From: Clostridia bacterium
Lineage (GTDB): Bacteria; Bacillota; Clostridia; TANB77; CAG-465
Reading direction: 5' to 3'
Length of the DNA: 42,241 nt
Assembly: GCA_045536565.1 (NCBI GenBank)
Contig: JAZSNU010000006.1
Location: 1-42,241 of the forward strand
The position numbers and the translations under genes are program-made. How positions within the stretch are numbered: position 1 is the first letter of the stretch; each line of letters starts with the position of its first letter. Shown here piece after piece: positions 17,001 through 27,137 of this stretch. The notes below the pieces were generated by a model, which was not told where the DNA came from, searched no databases, and worked only from the letters and a program-made list of their open reading frames with translations.

Positions 17001-19346
17001 ATGTATATATCAAGTAATTGTTTAAAAAAATATATAAAAGATGCAGATACAATAGATTTTAAACAGGTATGGCAAGAGTTTACTATTCGTTCTGCTGAAA
17101 TAGATGGTATAGAAGAAAAAGGAAACGACATTAATAATGTAGTGGTAGCAAAAATCATATCACTTTCTAAACATCCATCTAATGAGAAATATAGCGTTGC
17201 AAAATTGGATATTGGAAATTCAAAAGAAGTTACAGTAGTAAGTAGTGCAACTAATTTATATGAAGGTATGATTGTACCTTGCGCATTAGAAGGTGGTTCT
17301 TTAAAAGGCTTAGAAAAAGTAACAAGTGTAGAACTTGGAGGAGTGCCAAGTGAAGGTGTTCTAGCAAGTGAAAAAGAACTGGGAATAAGTGATAGCCATT
17401 TGGGTGTAATGGATTTAGATAAATCATATGTAGTAGGAGAAAATATTAAAAAATATATTCCAATCGATGATATTATAATAGAGATAGATAATAAATCGTT
17501 AACTAATAGACCAGATATGTGGGGGCACTATGGTATAGCAAGAGAAGTTGCTGCAATAGCAGGAAAAGAACTTTTAGAACTTGATATCATAGATGAAATA
17601 AATAACACTAATCAGTTAAATGTTGAAGTATTGGATAAAGAAAATTGTAATAGATATTCTTGCTTAAAAGTTGGTAATATTACTAAAAAAGAAGCTTCTA
17701 TTGAAATGAAAACTATGCTATATTACTGTGGAATGAGAAGTATATCATTACTTGTTGACTTGACAAACTATTTAATGCTTGAACTTGGTCAACCTATGCA
17801 CGCATTCGATAGTGATAAAATAGAAAATATAGTTATAAAAAATACGGGAAATGAAACAGCTAAATTTACTACATTAGATGGAGTAGAAAGAAACATTCCT
17901 CAAAATACTCTTATGATATGTAATGGAAATAATCCAGTTGCAATAGCAGGTATTATGGGTGGACTTAATTCTGAAATAGATGAAAATACAACTTCATTAA
18001 TATTAGAATCTGCAAACTTTGATGCAACTTGTATTAGAAAAAGTGCAGTAGCATTAGGATTAAGGACAGAGGCAAGTGCTAGATATGAGAAAAGCTTAGA
18101 TCCAAACATGACAGTTCTTGCTATAAAGAGATTTTTAAAATTATTAAAAGATGTAGATAGTGATGTAGAAGTTTTATCTAGAATAGAAGATGTATATGTA
18201 AATGAAATAAAAGAAAACATTGTAGAACTTAAAAAAGACTATTTAAGAAAATACATGGGATTCGTATTAAGCGATGAAAAAGTAGTTGAAATACTAAATC
18301 TATTACACTTTAAAGTAGAAGTTAAAGAAGATAATTATATTGTAACAGCACCAACATATCGTTCTACAAAAGATATTTCATATTCTGCTGATATAATAGA
18401 GGAAATAGCAAGAATATATGGATATAACAACTTAGAACCAGTACCTTTAAAATTAGATTTGATAGTAAGAGAAGGCGACAACAAATTTGATTTAGAATAT
18501 GACCTTAAAAAGAAAATAGCAGAAGAATTAGGTTATACTGAAATACACACATATCTATGGTATCAATCAGATATGTTAAACAAATATTCAATAAATAAAG
18601 AAGAAAATATTAAGCTTGTAAACAAAAAAGATAACAACATAATAAGAGATGATGTCTCTTTATCGTTATTTGAACAATGCATAAATAACTCAAAATATTT
18701 TGCTGAATATGGAATATTTGAAATAGGAAGTAGTATTACAAGAGAAAAAGAAGAAAGAGTTCTTAGCATATTATCAGTATGCAAGGCAGTAAATCTTCAA
18801 AATGTATATATGACTTTAAAGAAAACGATAAATAGTATATTAAAAGGTATGAAAAATACAGTAGTTGCATTTGAAGTGGGAAAAGTAAACAAATCATACT
18901 TAAATGAAGAGTATACATTACTTGTAAAAGTAGATGAAGAAGTAATAGGTTATATTTCAGTCTTTTCTAAAAACTTATCAAAAGATTGTGGTAAGAAAAT
19001 AGATATAGTAAATGTGGAAATAAATGTAGAAAGATTATTAGAACTAAATAAGAAGGATTTAGAATATGTAGAACCATCTAAATATCCTGTAACCACAATA
19101 GACTATACAGTTATTATGGATAAAGAAGATATGTATGATAATTTAGAAAAAGTATTATCAAAATACACACATGAATATTTATTTGGATACAATATGCATG
19201 ATTTATACATTGATGATAAGAAAAAATTAACAGTAAGATTTACAATTGGAGCAAAAGACAAAACTCTCACTCGTGAAGAAATAGAAACTGTATCAAATGA
19301 AATATTAGCAAATATAGAAAAAGGCGGATATAGTATAGTAAAATAG
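17001..19346 (+). CDS. pheT: phenylalanine-tRNA ligase beta subunit
   Basis: OB-fold SEGVLASEKELG, NRPD, TNYLMLELGQPMHAFD, ESANF, RTEASARYEK, DIIEEIARIYGY. Confidence 0.93.
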   Translation: MYISSNCLKKYIKDADTIDFKQVWQEFTIRSAEIDGIEEKGNDINNVVVAKIISLSKHPSNEKYSVAKLDIGNSKEVTVVSSATNLYEGMIVPCALEGGSLKGLEKVTSVELGGVPSEGVLASEKELGISDSHLGVMDLDKSYVVGENIKKYIPIDDIIIEIDNKSLTNRPDMWGHYGIAREVAAIAGKELLELDIIDEINNTNQLNVEVLDKENCNRYSCLKVGNITKKEASIEMKTMLYYCGMRSISLLVDLTNYLMLELGQPMHAFDSDKIENIVIKNTGNETAKFTTLDGVERNIPQNTLMICNGNNPVAIAGIMGGLNSEIDENTTSLILESANFDATCIRKSAVALGLRTEASARYEKSLDPNMTVLAIKRFLKLLKDVDSDVEVLSRIEDVYVNEIKENIVELKKDYLRKYMGFVLSDEKVVEILNLLHFKVEVKEDNYIVTAPTYRSTKDISYSADIIEEIARIYGYNNLEPVPLKLDLIVREGDNKFDLEYDLKKKIAEELGYTEIHTYLWYQSDMLNKYSINKEENIKLVNKKDNNIIRDDVSLSLFEQCINNSKYFAEYGIFEIGSSITREKEERVLSILSVCKAVNLQNVYMTLKKTINSILKGMKNTVVAFEVGKVNKSYLNEEYTLLVKVDEEVIGYISVFSKNLSKDCGKKIDIVNVEINVERLLELNKKDLEYVEPSKYPVTTIDYTVIMDKEDMYDNLEKVLSKYTHEYLFGYNMHDLYIDDKKKLTVRFTIGAKDKTLTREEIETVSNEILANIEKGGYSIVK

Positions 19347-19376
19347 CCAAATAAATTTATGTTAATAGGAGGAGTA

Positions 19377-21944
19377 ATGAAGGAGAAAGAATTAGTAGAA
19401 AATGTAAAAAAAGATAATAATATTACTAGTGATATAACAGGCATATTAGACATTATAATATGCCTGCTCCTTTTTATATCCTCAATATATAAAGGAGCTT
19501 TTTATAAATCAGACTTTTTATTTCCGAATGTAGTTATTTCAATTCTTGGAGTGGTATATTTAGTATATAAAATAATTAAGGAAATAATGAGTAAAAAAGA
19601 TTTTAGACCAAGGTCTAAGGTTAAGTTGCTATTAGATTTTTGCATGTTATTATTACCTTTTATGTATCTACTTCCTATAATATTTAAAACATATGTAAGT
19701 TTGCCAGATAGCATATTTGAAATGTTTAGATATGTTAACATGACTATAATTTATTTTATTGCTAGGAACAGTAAGAATCATCATGTATATTTTAATGTGT
19801 TTATTTTAATATCTGTTATACAAATGATACTTGGAATAGATCAAATAACAACAAGAAACTTTGAAAGTTTTTTAAATGACTTGTCAACAGGATATTTACC
19901 TGATATAGAAAGGCTATCAGGAACTTTACAATACGCAAATATTACAGGAATTGTGATAGGGATTGGAGTTATTTGCTGTTTTAATAAAATAACAGAAATA
20001 ATAAAGCAAGAAAACAAAATAAAGTATATAGAATTATTAGGAAGTATATTTATAATTCTTCTTGGTATTTCTTGCGTTATTCTTACGGAGTCTAGAATTG
20101 CAACGGTAACTATATTAGGAATTCTTTTGTTAGATGGGATATTTAACTATATATGCATAACTAGAAAAACAGGTGCTTTTAAAATAGCATTAACAGTATA
20201 TTCTTTTTTGTGTAGCGGAATAGTGGAAAAATATGTATCTAGTAATAGTGGTTTAAAAATATATGCTTGTATTTTATTATGTTCTTTAATATTTATGCTT
20301 GCATATATAGTTCTAAATATTATCTATTATATGTTTGAAGATAAAATAAAAAAAATCAAAAACAGTGTAAAACATATAAATATAATTAATATATCTGGCC
20401 TAATATTTATGTTTGTTATATTAGCAATACTTATAGCAACACCTAAAAATATAGTTATTGAAAATAAAGGAGAAGTGGCTACTTTTTCAAAGAGTGTCTA
20501 TGATTTTAAAGAGGGGAAAAACAAAGTTCAGTTTGAAATAGATAGTTTAAAGGAAGATACTAGATTTACAGTTTATATAAATGCATTAGGTGAAGATTAT
20601 ATAGTTCGTAACTTGGGTAAGTACAACTATTATGACAATACAAGTGGAATTTTTAAGGGAGATATTGACATACCAGAAAAAACAAGAAAATTAACAGTAG
20701 ATATAGAAGTGCAAAAGGGAAATTTAGAATTTAAAGATTTTAATATAAATAATAAAAATGTGAGCTTATCGTATTTGTTCATTCCAAATGAAATAATGGA
20801 TAAATTACATGATACTTTTTATGGTGTATATGGAGACGAATTAAGAGTAGCATATGCTAAAGATACTTTTAAGTTGCTAAAAAGCAGTCCATTAATTGGT
20901 GTTGGCGGAGAAGGCTTTAAGCATACATATGGTAGTGTTCAAGAAACAGGATATATTTCTAGTGAGGCACATTCGGCTATATTACAATCATTAGTAGAAG
21001 TGGGTATAATTGGCACATTAGTATTAATTGGTATATTAACAATATCGTTATATATTGTGATAAAAATGGTGATGCGAATTAGAAAAATGCCATTTAAAGA
21101 TAAAAATGATGTTATTCAAATAATATCAATATACATTGCTTTACTTTCGGTAGTAATTTTTGACCTAGCATTTTCGTATGCGTTTATGATATTTTTGTTT
21201 GGAATATTTGTAGCTATTTTATTGAAACAATATTTATATATTGTTTCAAAATGTGAAGATACAACAAAAGAAAAAAATAGTATTGATTGGTCATATATAA
21301 AGATAGTAATTTTATCACTTTGTGCTGTATGCTTATCTTGTGTCACATATTTTTCTGTTAACTCATACAGAGCAAGTTTGATTAAAGTACCAAATAAAGG
21401 AGAAGATTTAAAAGCATCGGAAGTAGCGGAAAATATAGCATATTTAGAGATGAAAAATTCACAAGATAAATTTGATATGGATTATATGAAAGATTTAAAT
21501 GAAGAATATAGTAAATACAAAACAAAATTGAATGAAGCTATTATAAATACAACAAATAATAAAAAACTAAAAGATGAATTAAAAGAAGAACATACAAAAC
21601 TAATTGTAAGTATAAAAAATAATGCAGATACAATGCTTGAATATGAATATTATGACAAATTTGTTTTAAGAGATGTTTCAGATGTTTATATAAACAACTA
21701 TATAAATTTTGCGGATATTTATAAAGAACAATTTTCAAATACAGAAGTAGCGTATGCTTTTTATCTAAATTATGTGATTAAATTAACAGATAGGATAATA
21801 GAACTTAATCCGTATTCTAAGAAAGCAAATGAAATATATATAGAAATGTGTAATGAATATATAGAAAAATTAGAAAGTGATAATATATATATTCAAAGCG
21901 ATGCAATTAAACAAAGCGTTGAAGAGTTTAGAAAAAGAATTTAA
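19377..21944 (+). CDS. O-antigen ligase (Wzy_C) family membrane protein / candidate oligosaccharyltransferase
   Basis: Many TM segments; RLSGTLQYAN, TESR, PLIGVGGEGF, AHSAILQSLVEVGIIG. Start moved to ATG 19377 after AGGAGG. Confidence 0.8.
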   Translation: MKEKELVENVKKDNNITSDITGILDIIICLLLFISSIYKGAFYKSDFLFPNVVISILGVVYLVYKIIKEIMSKKDFRPRSKVKLLLDFCMLLLPFMYLLPIIFKTYVSLPDSIFEMFRYVNMTIIYFIARNSKNHHVYFNVFILISVIQMILGIDQITTRNFESFLNDLSTGYLPDIERLSGTLQYANITGIVIGIGVICCFNKITEIIKQENKIKYIELLGSIFIILLGISCVILTESRIATVTILGILLLDGIFNYICITRKTGAFKIALTVYSFLCSGIVEKYVSSNSGLKIYACILLCSLIFMLAYIVLNIIYYMFEDKIKKIKNSVKHINIINISGLIFMFVILAILIATPKNIVIENKGEVATFSKSVYDFKEGKNKVQFEIDSLKEDTRFTVYINALGEDYIVRNLGKYNYYDNTSGIFKGDIDIPEKTRKLTVDIEVQKGNLEFKDFNINNKNVSLSYLFIPNEIMDKLHDTFYGVYGDELRVAYAKDTFKLLKSSPLIGVGGEGFKHTYGSVQETGYISSEAHSAILQSLVEVGIIGTLVLIGILTISLYIVIKMVMRIRKMPFKDKNDVIQIISIYIALLSVVIFDLAFSYAFMIFLFGIFVAILLKQYLYIVSKCEDTTKEKNSIDWSYIKIVILSLCAVCLSCVTYFSVNSYRASLIKVPNKGEDLKASEVAENIAYLEMKNSQDKFDMDYMKDLNEEYSKYKTKLNEAIINTTNNKKLKDELKEEHTKLIVSIKNNADTMLEYEYYDKFVLRDVSDVYINNYINFADIYKEQFSNTEVAYAFYLNYVIKLTDRIIELNPYSKKANEIYIEMCNEYIEKLESDNIYIQSDAIKQSVEEFRKRI

Positions 21945-21948
21945 ATGG

Positions 21949-21977
21949 TTGAAAAGAAAAAATACTTATTGTATAAT
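21949..21977 (+). promoter_or_regulatory. sigma-A promoter
   Basis: TTGAAA(21949-21954)-17-TATAAT(21972-21977). Confidence 0.65.
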
Positions 21978-22020
21978 ATTTTTATTATTAAGATTTATAC
22001 GGTTGGAGGTATAAAGGTAT

Positions 22021-23991
22021 ATGAAATTTAATAACAAAAGGGGAATATCATTAGTTACATTAGTAGTAACAATTGTTATTATAATAATACTTAGTTCAGT
22101 TGTGATTTTAACGGTGGCCGGCGATGGAATAATAGAAAATGTAAAAAAATCAACTTTTCAAAATGATGTAAAAGTTATGCAAGAGGAACTTGCAACTTAT
22201 CTTTCTCATAAATCTGCTCAAAACAGAGGTCAATATGATGTGGCATCATTATATGCAGATAAAGATATTTTGAAGGAAAATCAAATTCTTATCGAAGGTA
22301 AAAATATAAAAGATATAATTACAAGTATTACAGATGAGTACCTAGACATATTAGCTGTAAAAAATGGTGAATTGATGTATATTGGTCAAGATTTGACTAA
22401 ACTTGAATGGACATATGAAATAATGTATGGCATTAAAGGTGACCACATTAAAGAAGTAGAACTTGACGATAGTGGTTATGTTAGTCTACAAGATTGTTCA
22501 AATTTGGATTTAGTTGATTATAAAATATATGGAAATAGTGTGCAAAATGGAGAACCTAGTCCTGATAGTCCTGTTCAGGTTCAAAGTGTGGGAGATAGAA
22601 CTATAAATTTATTAGACATTGAACATTTTGCAAATATTGATAATTGGAAGAATTTAAGTGGAACATATGCTTATTATGATTTTAAACTTGAACCTGGTAC
22701 ATATACATATAAAATAGAAACAGATTTAAAAGCATATAAAAATAATATTTTAATGTTTAATAAAAATGCTGGAAGTTCAGTAGGTTCAGTAGCGACAATT
22801 ATTAGTGGTGGCTCGGAAGGTACAATAGTAAGTAAGATAGGAAAGTTTACAGTTGAAGAAGGTAGTACAATGTATTTAAACTGGTATTGTGCTAATCAGA
22901 AAAACCAACAAAATTTAAACAATTTAATAGAAGATGTTCTTAATAATTTTATAATTGTAGAAGGTTCATATACCCAATATAATTTCCCAAGATATGAGCC
23001 ATATGGATATAAAATACCAATAAATGTGAGAGGTAATAACCTTGTTAATCATTTAGATGTAAGAGAAAGTACAAGTACTGCTGGTAGTTTAACAGGTGCA
23101 GAAATAACACCTCAGTATATTAACATGGTAAGAAAACAAACATATGATTATGCTAATATACCGGTTAGTTTAAAAGCAAATACGGATTATACATTATGGT
23201 ATGAGTATGAAATTTATGATAGGCCAGAAAATTCTTCTGGAAATACAACAGTTAGAATGGGGTTTGGCACAACTGTTAAATCAGTAAACCACAGAACCGA
23301 AGGAGTATATAACGCTATATACAATTACACACCGACGGAAGATACAGTTACTAATATTCAAGTAATTGCAAACTATGGTAGTCCTGTACCGGCAAAAGTA
23401 AAATTTAAAGTAATGCTTGTTGAGGGGACATATACCTTAGATAACATACCAGAGTTTACGCCTAATGTAGATTATAATATATATTTAGATGAACCACTTA
23501 GAAAAATAGGTGATGCGGTAGATTATATAGATTTTAGAAATAAAGAGATTGTAAGAAGTGTTGGGAAAGAAGGATATGATGGAAATACTAGTTTTGGTTT
23601 AACTACGGGTACATATTGGAATAGTGAGGGTGTAACAACAGCATTTACACATGCTGTACCTACGGATGCTTTGCAAGATTCGTTGGGAATACCTGTTATT
23701 AGTAATATGTTTAAATATTATAAATCGTCAAATATAGATAAAACAAAACCATATATAAGTGGAAATATTGGTCAAATAGTATTTGCTACATTAAATACTA
23801 CTGCAAGTTCTGTATCAGAGTTACAAACATTATTACAAAAAAATAAAATGATGTATATTTATAAATTATTAAAACCTTCATATTCTAGTATAGAATTTCC
23901 TGATATTAAATTAAATAAAGGTGTTAACTACATAACAATAGGAACAGAAATAGCGCCATTAAAAGCTAATATTTTATACTATGAAGATTAA
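22021..23991 (+). CDS. large type IV pilin-like protein (class III signal peptide) with repeated beta-rich C-terminal modules
   Basis: MKFNNKRG|ISLVTLVVTIVIIIILSSVVI prepilin-type N-terminus; GGAGG RBS; two internal NL....VEGxYT...P.(Y/F).P modules. Confidence 0.8.
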   Translation: MKFNNKRGISLVTLVVTIVIIIILSSVVILTVAGDGIIENVKKSTFQNDVKVMQEELATYLSHKSAQNRGQYDVASLYADKDILKENQILIEGKNIKDIITSITDEYLDILAVKNGELMYIGQDLTKLEWTYEIMYGIKGDHIKEVELDDSGYVSLQDCSNLDLVDYKIYGNSVQNGEPSPDSPVQVQSVGDRTINLLDIEHFANIDNWKNLSGTYAYYDFKLEPGTYTYKIETDLKAYKNNILMFNKNAGSSVGSVATIISGGSEGTIVSKIGKFTVEEGSTMYLNWYCANQKNQQNLNNLIEDVLNNFIIVEGSYTQYNFPRYEPYGYKIPINVRGNNLVNHLDVRESTSTAGSLTGAEITPQYINMVRKQTYDYANIPVSLKANTDYTLWYEYEIYDRPENSSGNTTVRMGFGTTVKSVNHRTEGVYNAIYNYTPTEDTVTNIQVIANYGSPVPAKVKFKVMLVEGTYTLDNIPEFTPNVDYNIYLDEPLRKIGDAVDYIDFRNKEIVRSVGKEGYDGNTSFGLTTGTYWNSEGVTTAFTHAVPTDALQDSLGIPVISNMFKYYKSSNIDKTKPYISGNIGQIVFATLNTTASSVSELQTLLQKNKMMYIYKLLKPSYSSIEFPDIKLNKGVNYITIGTEIAPLKANILYYED

Positions 23992-24005
23992 AAAGAATAT
24001 AATAC

Positions 24006-24040
24006 AAGTCAGTTTATGTAGATGTATAAACTGACTTTCT
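24006..24040 (+). terminator. intrinsic terminator
   Basis: AAGTCAGTTTAT/ATAAACTGACTT inverted repeat followed by TCT. Confidence 0.75.
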
Positions 24041-24099
24041 AATTTATATTATGGTATATATAAAACTTGCTCATATTTGTAGTTTTTTAGCGTATTTTA

Positions 24100-24128
24100 T
24101 TGACTGTAAGTGTAAAATAAAGTAAAAT
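24100..24128 (+). promoter_or_regulatory. sigma-A promoter
   Basis: TTGACT(24100-24105)-17-TAAAAT(24123-24128). Confidence 0.6.
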
Positions 24129-24152
24129 ATATGGGGGAAAAGGAGGCTTAAA

Positions 24153-25481
24153 ATGGTAAAACCAGTAGTTGCTATAATAGGAAGACCTAATGTAGGAAAA
24201 TCTACTTTGTTTAATGTTCTAATTGGAGAAAAACTTGCAATAATAGAAGATAGACCAGGTGTAACTCGTGATAGAATATACGCAGACGCAGAGTGGTGCG
24301 GACGAACATTTCAAGTTGTAGACACAGGTGGAATTGAACCGGAATCAGAAGATATAATATTAAAACAAATGAGAAGACAAGCAGAGCTTGCTATGGATAT
24401 GGCAGATGTTATAGTATTTATAACTGATGTAAAAGCTGGGGTTACTGTTCAAGATGAAGAAGTGGCCTCTATGCTAAGAAGGACAAAAAAACCAGTAATA
24501 CTTGTTTGTAACAAATGCGATAATGTAGGAACACCACCAGCAGATATTTATGAATTCTATAATCTAGGCTTAGGTGAGCCTATGCCAATTTCAGCAAAAG
24601 CTAAACTAGGTATTGGTGAAATATTGGATAATATATGTTCATATTTTCCTGATGATAGTGAAAAAAATGAAGAGGAAGAAAGAATCAGCGTTGCTATAAT
24701 TGGAAAACCAAATGTGGGAAAATCTTCTTTGGTAAATTATATATTAGGAGAAGAAAGAACAATTGTAAGTAACATAGCAGGTACTACAAGAGATGCAATT
24801 GATAGCAAATTTGAAAATAAATATGGGAAATATACTTTCATTGATACAGCAGGAATAAGGAAGAAAAGCAAAGTATATGATAAAGTAGAGAGATATAGTG
24901 TTATAAAAGCACAGGCAGCGGTAGATAGAGCAGATGTTTGTGTTATTATGATAGATGCCTTAGAGGGTGTAACAGAGCAAGATGAAAAGATAGCAGGATA
25001 TGCTCATGAAAAAGGAAAGGCTATGATAATAGCAATAAACAAATGGGATTTAATAAACAAGGGTGATACAACAGTAGATTCATATAAGAAAAAAATTAGA
25101 GAAAAATTTAAATTTATGTCTTATGCACCAATTTTGTTTATATCTACGAAGACGGGTCAAAGAGTTGAAAAGTTGTTTGAAACTGTTAATAAAGTGTATA
25201 AAGCAAATACATTTAGAGTATCTACTAGTATTTTAAATGATGTTATAATTGAGGCACTAGCCATAACACCACCTAATGTAGAAAAAGGTAAAAGATTAAA
25301 GGTTTACTATGTTACACAAGTAAGAAATAAACCACCTACATTTGTGGCATTCGTAAACGATAAAGAACTTATGCATTTTTCATATTTAAGATATTTGGAA
25401 AATCACATAAGGAAAAATTTTGATTTGGAAGGAACCCCAATAATTATAATGGCAAGGGGAAAAAATGAAAAAGAGGTTTAA
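24153..25481 (+). CDS. der: ribosome biogenesis GTPase Der/EngA
   Basis: Tandem G domains GRPNVGKS/DTGG/NKCD and GKPNVGKSS/DTAG/NKWD, KH-like C-terminus. Confidence 0.97.
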   Translation: MVKPVVAIIGRPNVGKSTLFNVLIGEKLAIIEDRPGVTRDRIYADAEWCGRTFQVVDTGGIEPESEDIILKQMRRQAELAMDMADVIVFITDVKAGVTVQDEEVASMLRRTKKPVILVCNKCDNVGTPPADIYEFYNLGLGEPMPISAKAKLGIGEILDNICSYFPDDSEKNEEEERISVAIIGKPNVGKSSLVNYILGEERTIVSNIAGTTRDAIDSKFENKYGKYTFIDTAGIRKKSKVYDKVERYSVIKAQAAVDRADVCVIMIDALEGVTEQDEKIAGYAHEKGKAMIIAINKWDLINKGDTTVDSYKKKIREKFKFMSYAPILFISTKTGQRVEKLFETVNKVYKANTFRVSTSILNDVIIEALAITPPNVEKGKRLKVYYVTQVRNKPPTFVAFVNDKELMHFSYLRYLENHIRKNFDLEGTPIIIMARGKNEKEV

Positions 25482-25498
25482 TATTTGGAGGAATAAAA

Positions 25499-26092
25499 AT
25501 GTTAAATATATTTGTATTTATATGTGCATATTTAATTTGTGCTATTAATCCAGCAATTATATTAAGTAAAAAGGTTATAGGAACTGATATTAGAAAAGTT
25601 GGTAGCGGAAATGCAGGAACTACTAATGCAATAAGAACTATGGGTAAAGGATGGGGAGTACTTGTTTTTTTACTTGATAGTTTTAAAGTTGTAGTGGCTT
25701 ACTGGGCTATGCTTTTATTAACAAAGGTATTTGGTGATATGGCAGAAGCAAGTGCTAAATCTTTTTATTTAGTAGGTGCAATAATAGGCCATTGCTATCC
25801 AGTGTACTATGAATTTAAAGGCGGAAAAGGTGTTGCAGCAATGATAATTGCCTGCTCATTCATAGCACCAAAACCAGCACTTGTGTGCATAATAGTTGGA
25901 GTTATAATTATAATAGTAGGAAGAATGGTATCACTTGGAAGTGTATCTGCAATAGCACTTTTTGCAATTATGATATTGGTGATGGAACCTAAGTATGCAA
26001 TTGGTGTAATTATAGCAGCAGGAATAATAATATATAAACATAGAGCAAATATTAAAAGAATAATAAATAAACAAGAAAACAAATTATTTTAA
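25499..26092 (+). CDS. plsY: glycerol-3-phosphate acyltransferase PlsY
   Basis: DIRKVGSGNAGTTN, GHCYP..FKGGKGVA, KHRANI.R. Confidence 0.93.
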   Translation: MLNIFVFICAYLICAINPAIILSKKVIGTDIRKVGSGNAGTTNAIRTMGKGWGVLVFLLDSFKVVVAYWAMLLLTKVFGDMAEASAKSFYLVGAIIGHCYPVYYEFKGGKGVAAMIIACSFIAPKPALVCIIVGVIIIIVGRMVSLGSVSAIALFAIMILVMEPKYAIGVIIAAGIIIYKHRANIKRIINKQENKLF

Positions 26093-26105
26093 AGGGGAAT
26101 ATAAA

Positions 26106-27101
26106 ATGGAAACAGTTATTGCTAAGATTAAGGAAAGAGCAAAACAAAGTATTAAATCTATTGTTCTTCCAGAAAGTGAAGATATAAGGGTTTTAAAAGC
26201 AGCTGAAATAGCTACAAAAGAAAAAATAGCAAATATTATTATCATTGGCCACGAGGGAAAAATAAAAGAAACTTGTGATAAAGAAAATATAAATCTTACT
26301 GGTGTAAATATAGTTAATCCAGAAACATCAGAGAGGTTTAATGAATATGCGAAGAGTCTTTATGAATTAAGAAAAGAAAAAGGGTTAACAGAGGAGAAAG
26401 CACTTGAACTTGCAAAAGACTATATTTACTTTGGAGTAATGATGGTTAAAATGGGACATGCTGATGGATTAGTATGCGGTGCATGTCATTCTACAGCAGA
26501 TACATTAAGACCTGCACTTCAAATTATAAAAACAAAAAAAGATGCTAAATGTGTATCAGCTTTTTTTATAATGGAGCTTATGAATTCTAAATATAAAAAT
26601 GCATATATATTTGCAGATAGTGGTTTAGTAGAGTTTCCTACTGATGAACAAAGGGCAGAGATAGCAATTGAATCTAGTGAAAGTTGCAAACTTCTTTTAC
26701 AAGAAGAACCAAAAGTAGCAATGCTTTCTTATTCTACAATGGGAAGTGCTAAATCAGATAGTATAGATAGTGTTGTAAATTCTATGAACATTGTAAAACA
26801 AAGGAGACCAGACATTAAGATAGATGGTGAACTTCAAGTAGATGCAGCAGTGGATAAAAATGTAGCAAGTTTAAAAGCACCACAAAGTGAAGTGGCGGGA
26901 GATGCAAATGTATTTGTATTTCCAGATTTAAATGCAGGAAATATAGGGTACAAGTTAGTTCAAAGATTTGGCGGTGCAAATGCATACGGACCTATAACAC
27001 AGGGCTTAGCAAAACCAATTAACGATTTATCAAGAGGATGTATAGCAGAAGATATTATAGGAGTTATAGCAATTACAGCAGTACAAGCAAGTGTGAATTA
27101 A
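26106..27101 (+). CDS. pta: phosphate acetyltransferase
   Basis: IVLPESED.R, AMLSYST.GS, DGELQVDAA, FPDLNAGNIGYKLVQR, NDLSRGC. Confidence 0.95.
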   Translation: METVIAKIKERAKQSIKSIVLPESEDIRVLKAAEIATKEKIANIIIIGHEGKIKETCDKENINLTGVNIVNPETSERFNEYAKSLYELRKEKGLTEEKALELAKDYIYFGVMMVKMGHADGLVCGACHSTADTLRPALQIIKTKKDAKCVSAFFIMELMNSKYKNAYIFADSGLVEFPTDEQRAEIAIESSESCKLLLQEEPKVAMLSYSTMGSAKSDSIDSVVNSMNIVKQRRPDIKIDGELQVDAAVDKNVASLKAPQSEVAGDANVFVFPDLNAGNIGYKLVQRFGGANAYGPITQGLAKPINDLSRGCIAEDIIGVIAITAVQASVN

Positions 27102-27137
27102 TAGAAAAATATAATTGTGAATTAGGAGATGTAATTT

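Noticed and set aside
80-19376. Longest-ORF starts for pdp, the holin-like gene, dapA, asd, the 12151 ORF, YhcG, pheS and the ligase-like gene
   Set aside because: Downstream ATGs have better-placed SD-like sequences and/or match the expected N-termini, so starts were trimmed.
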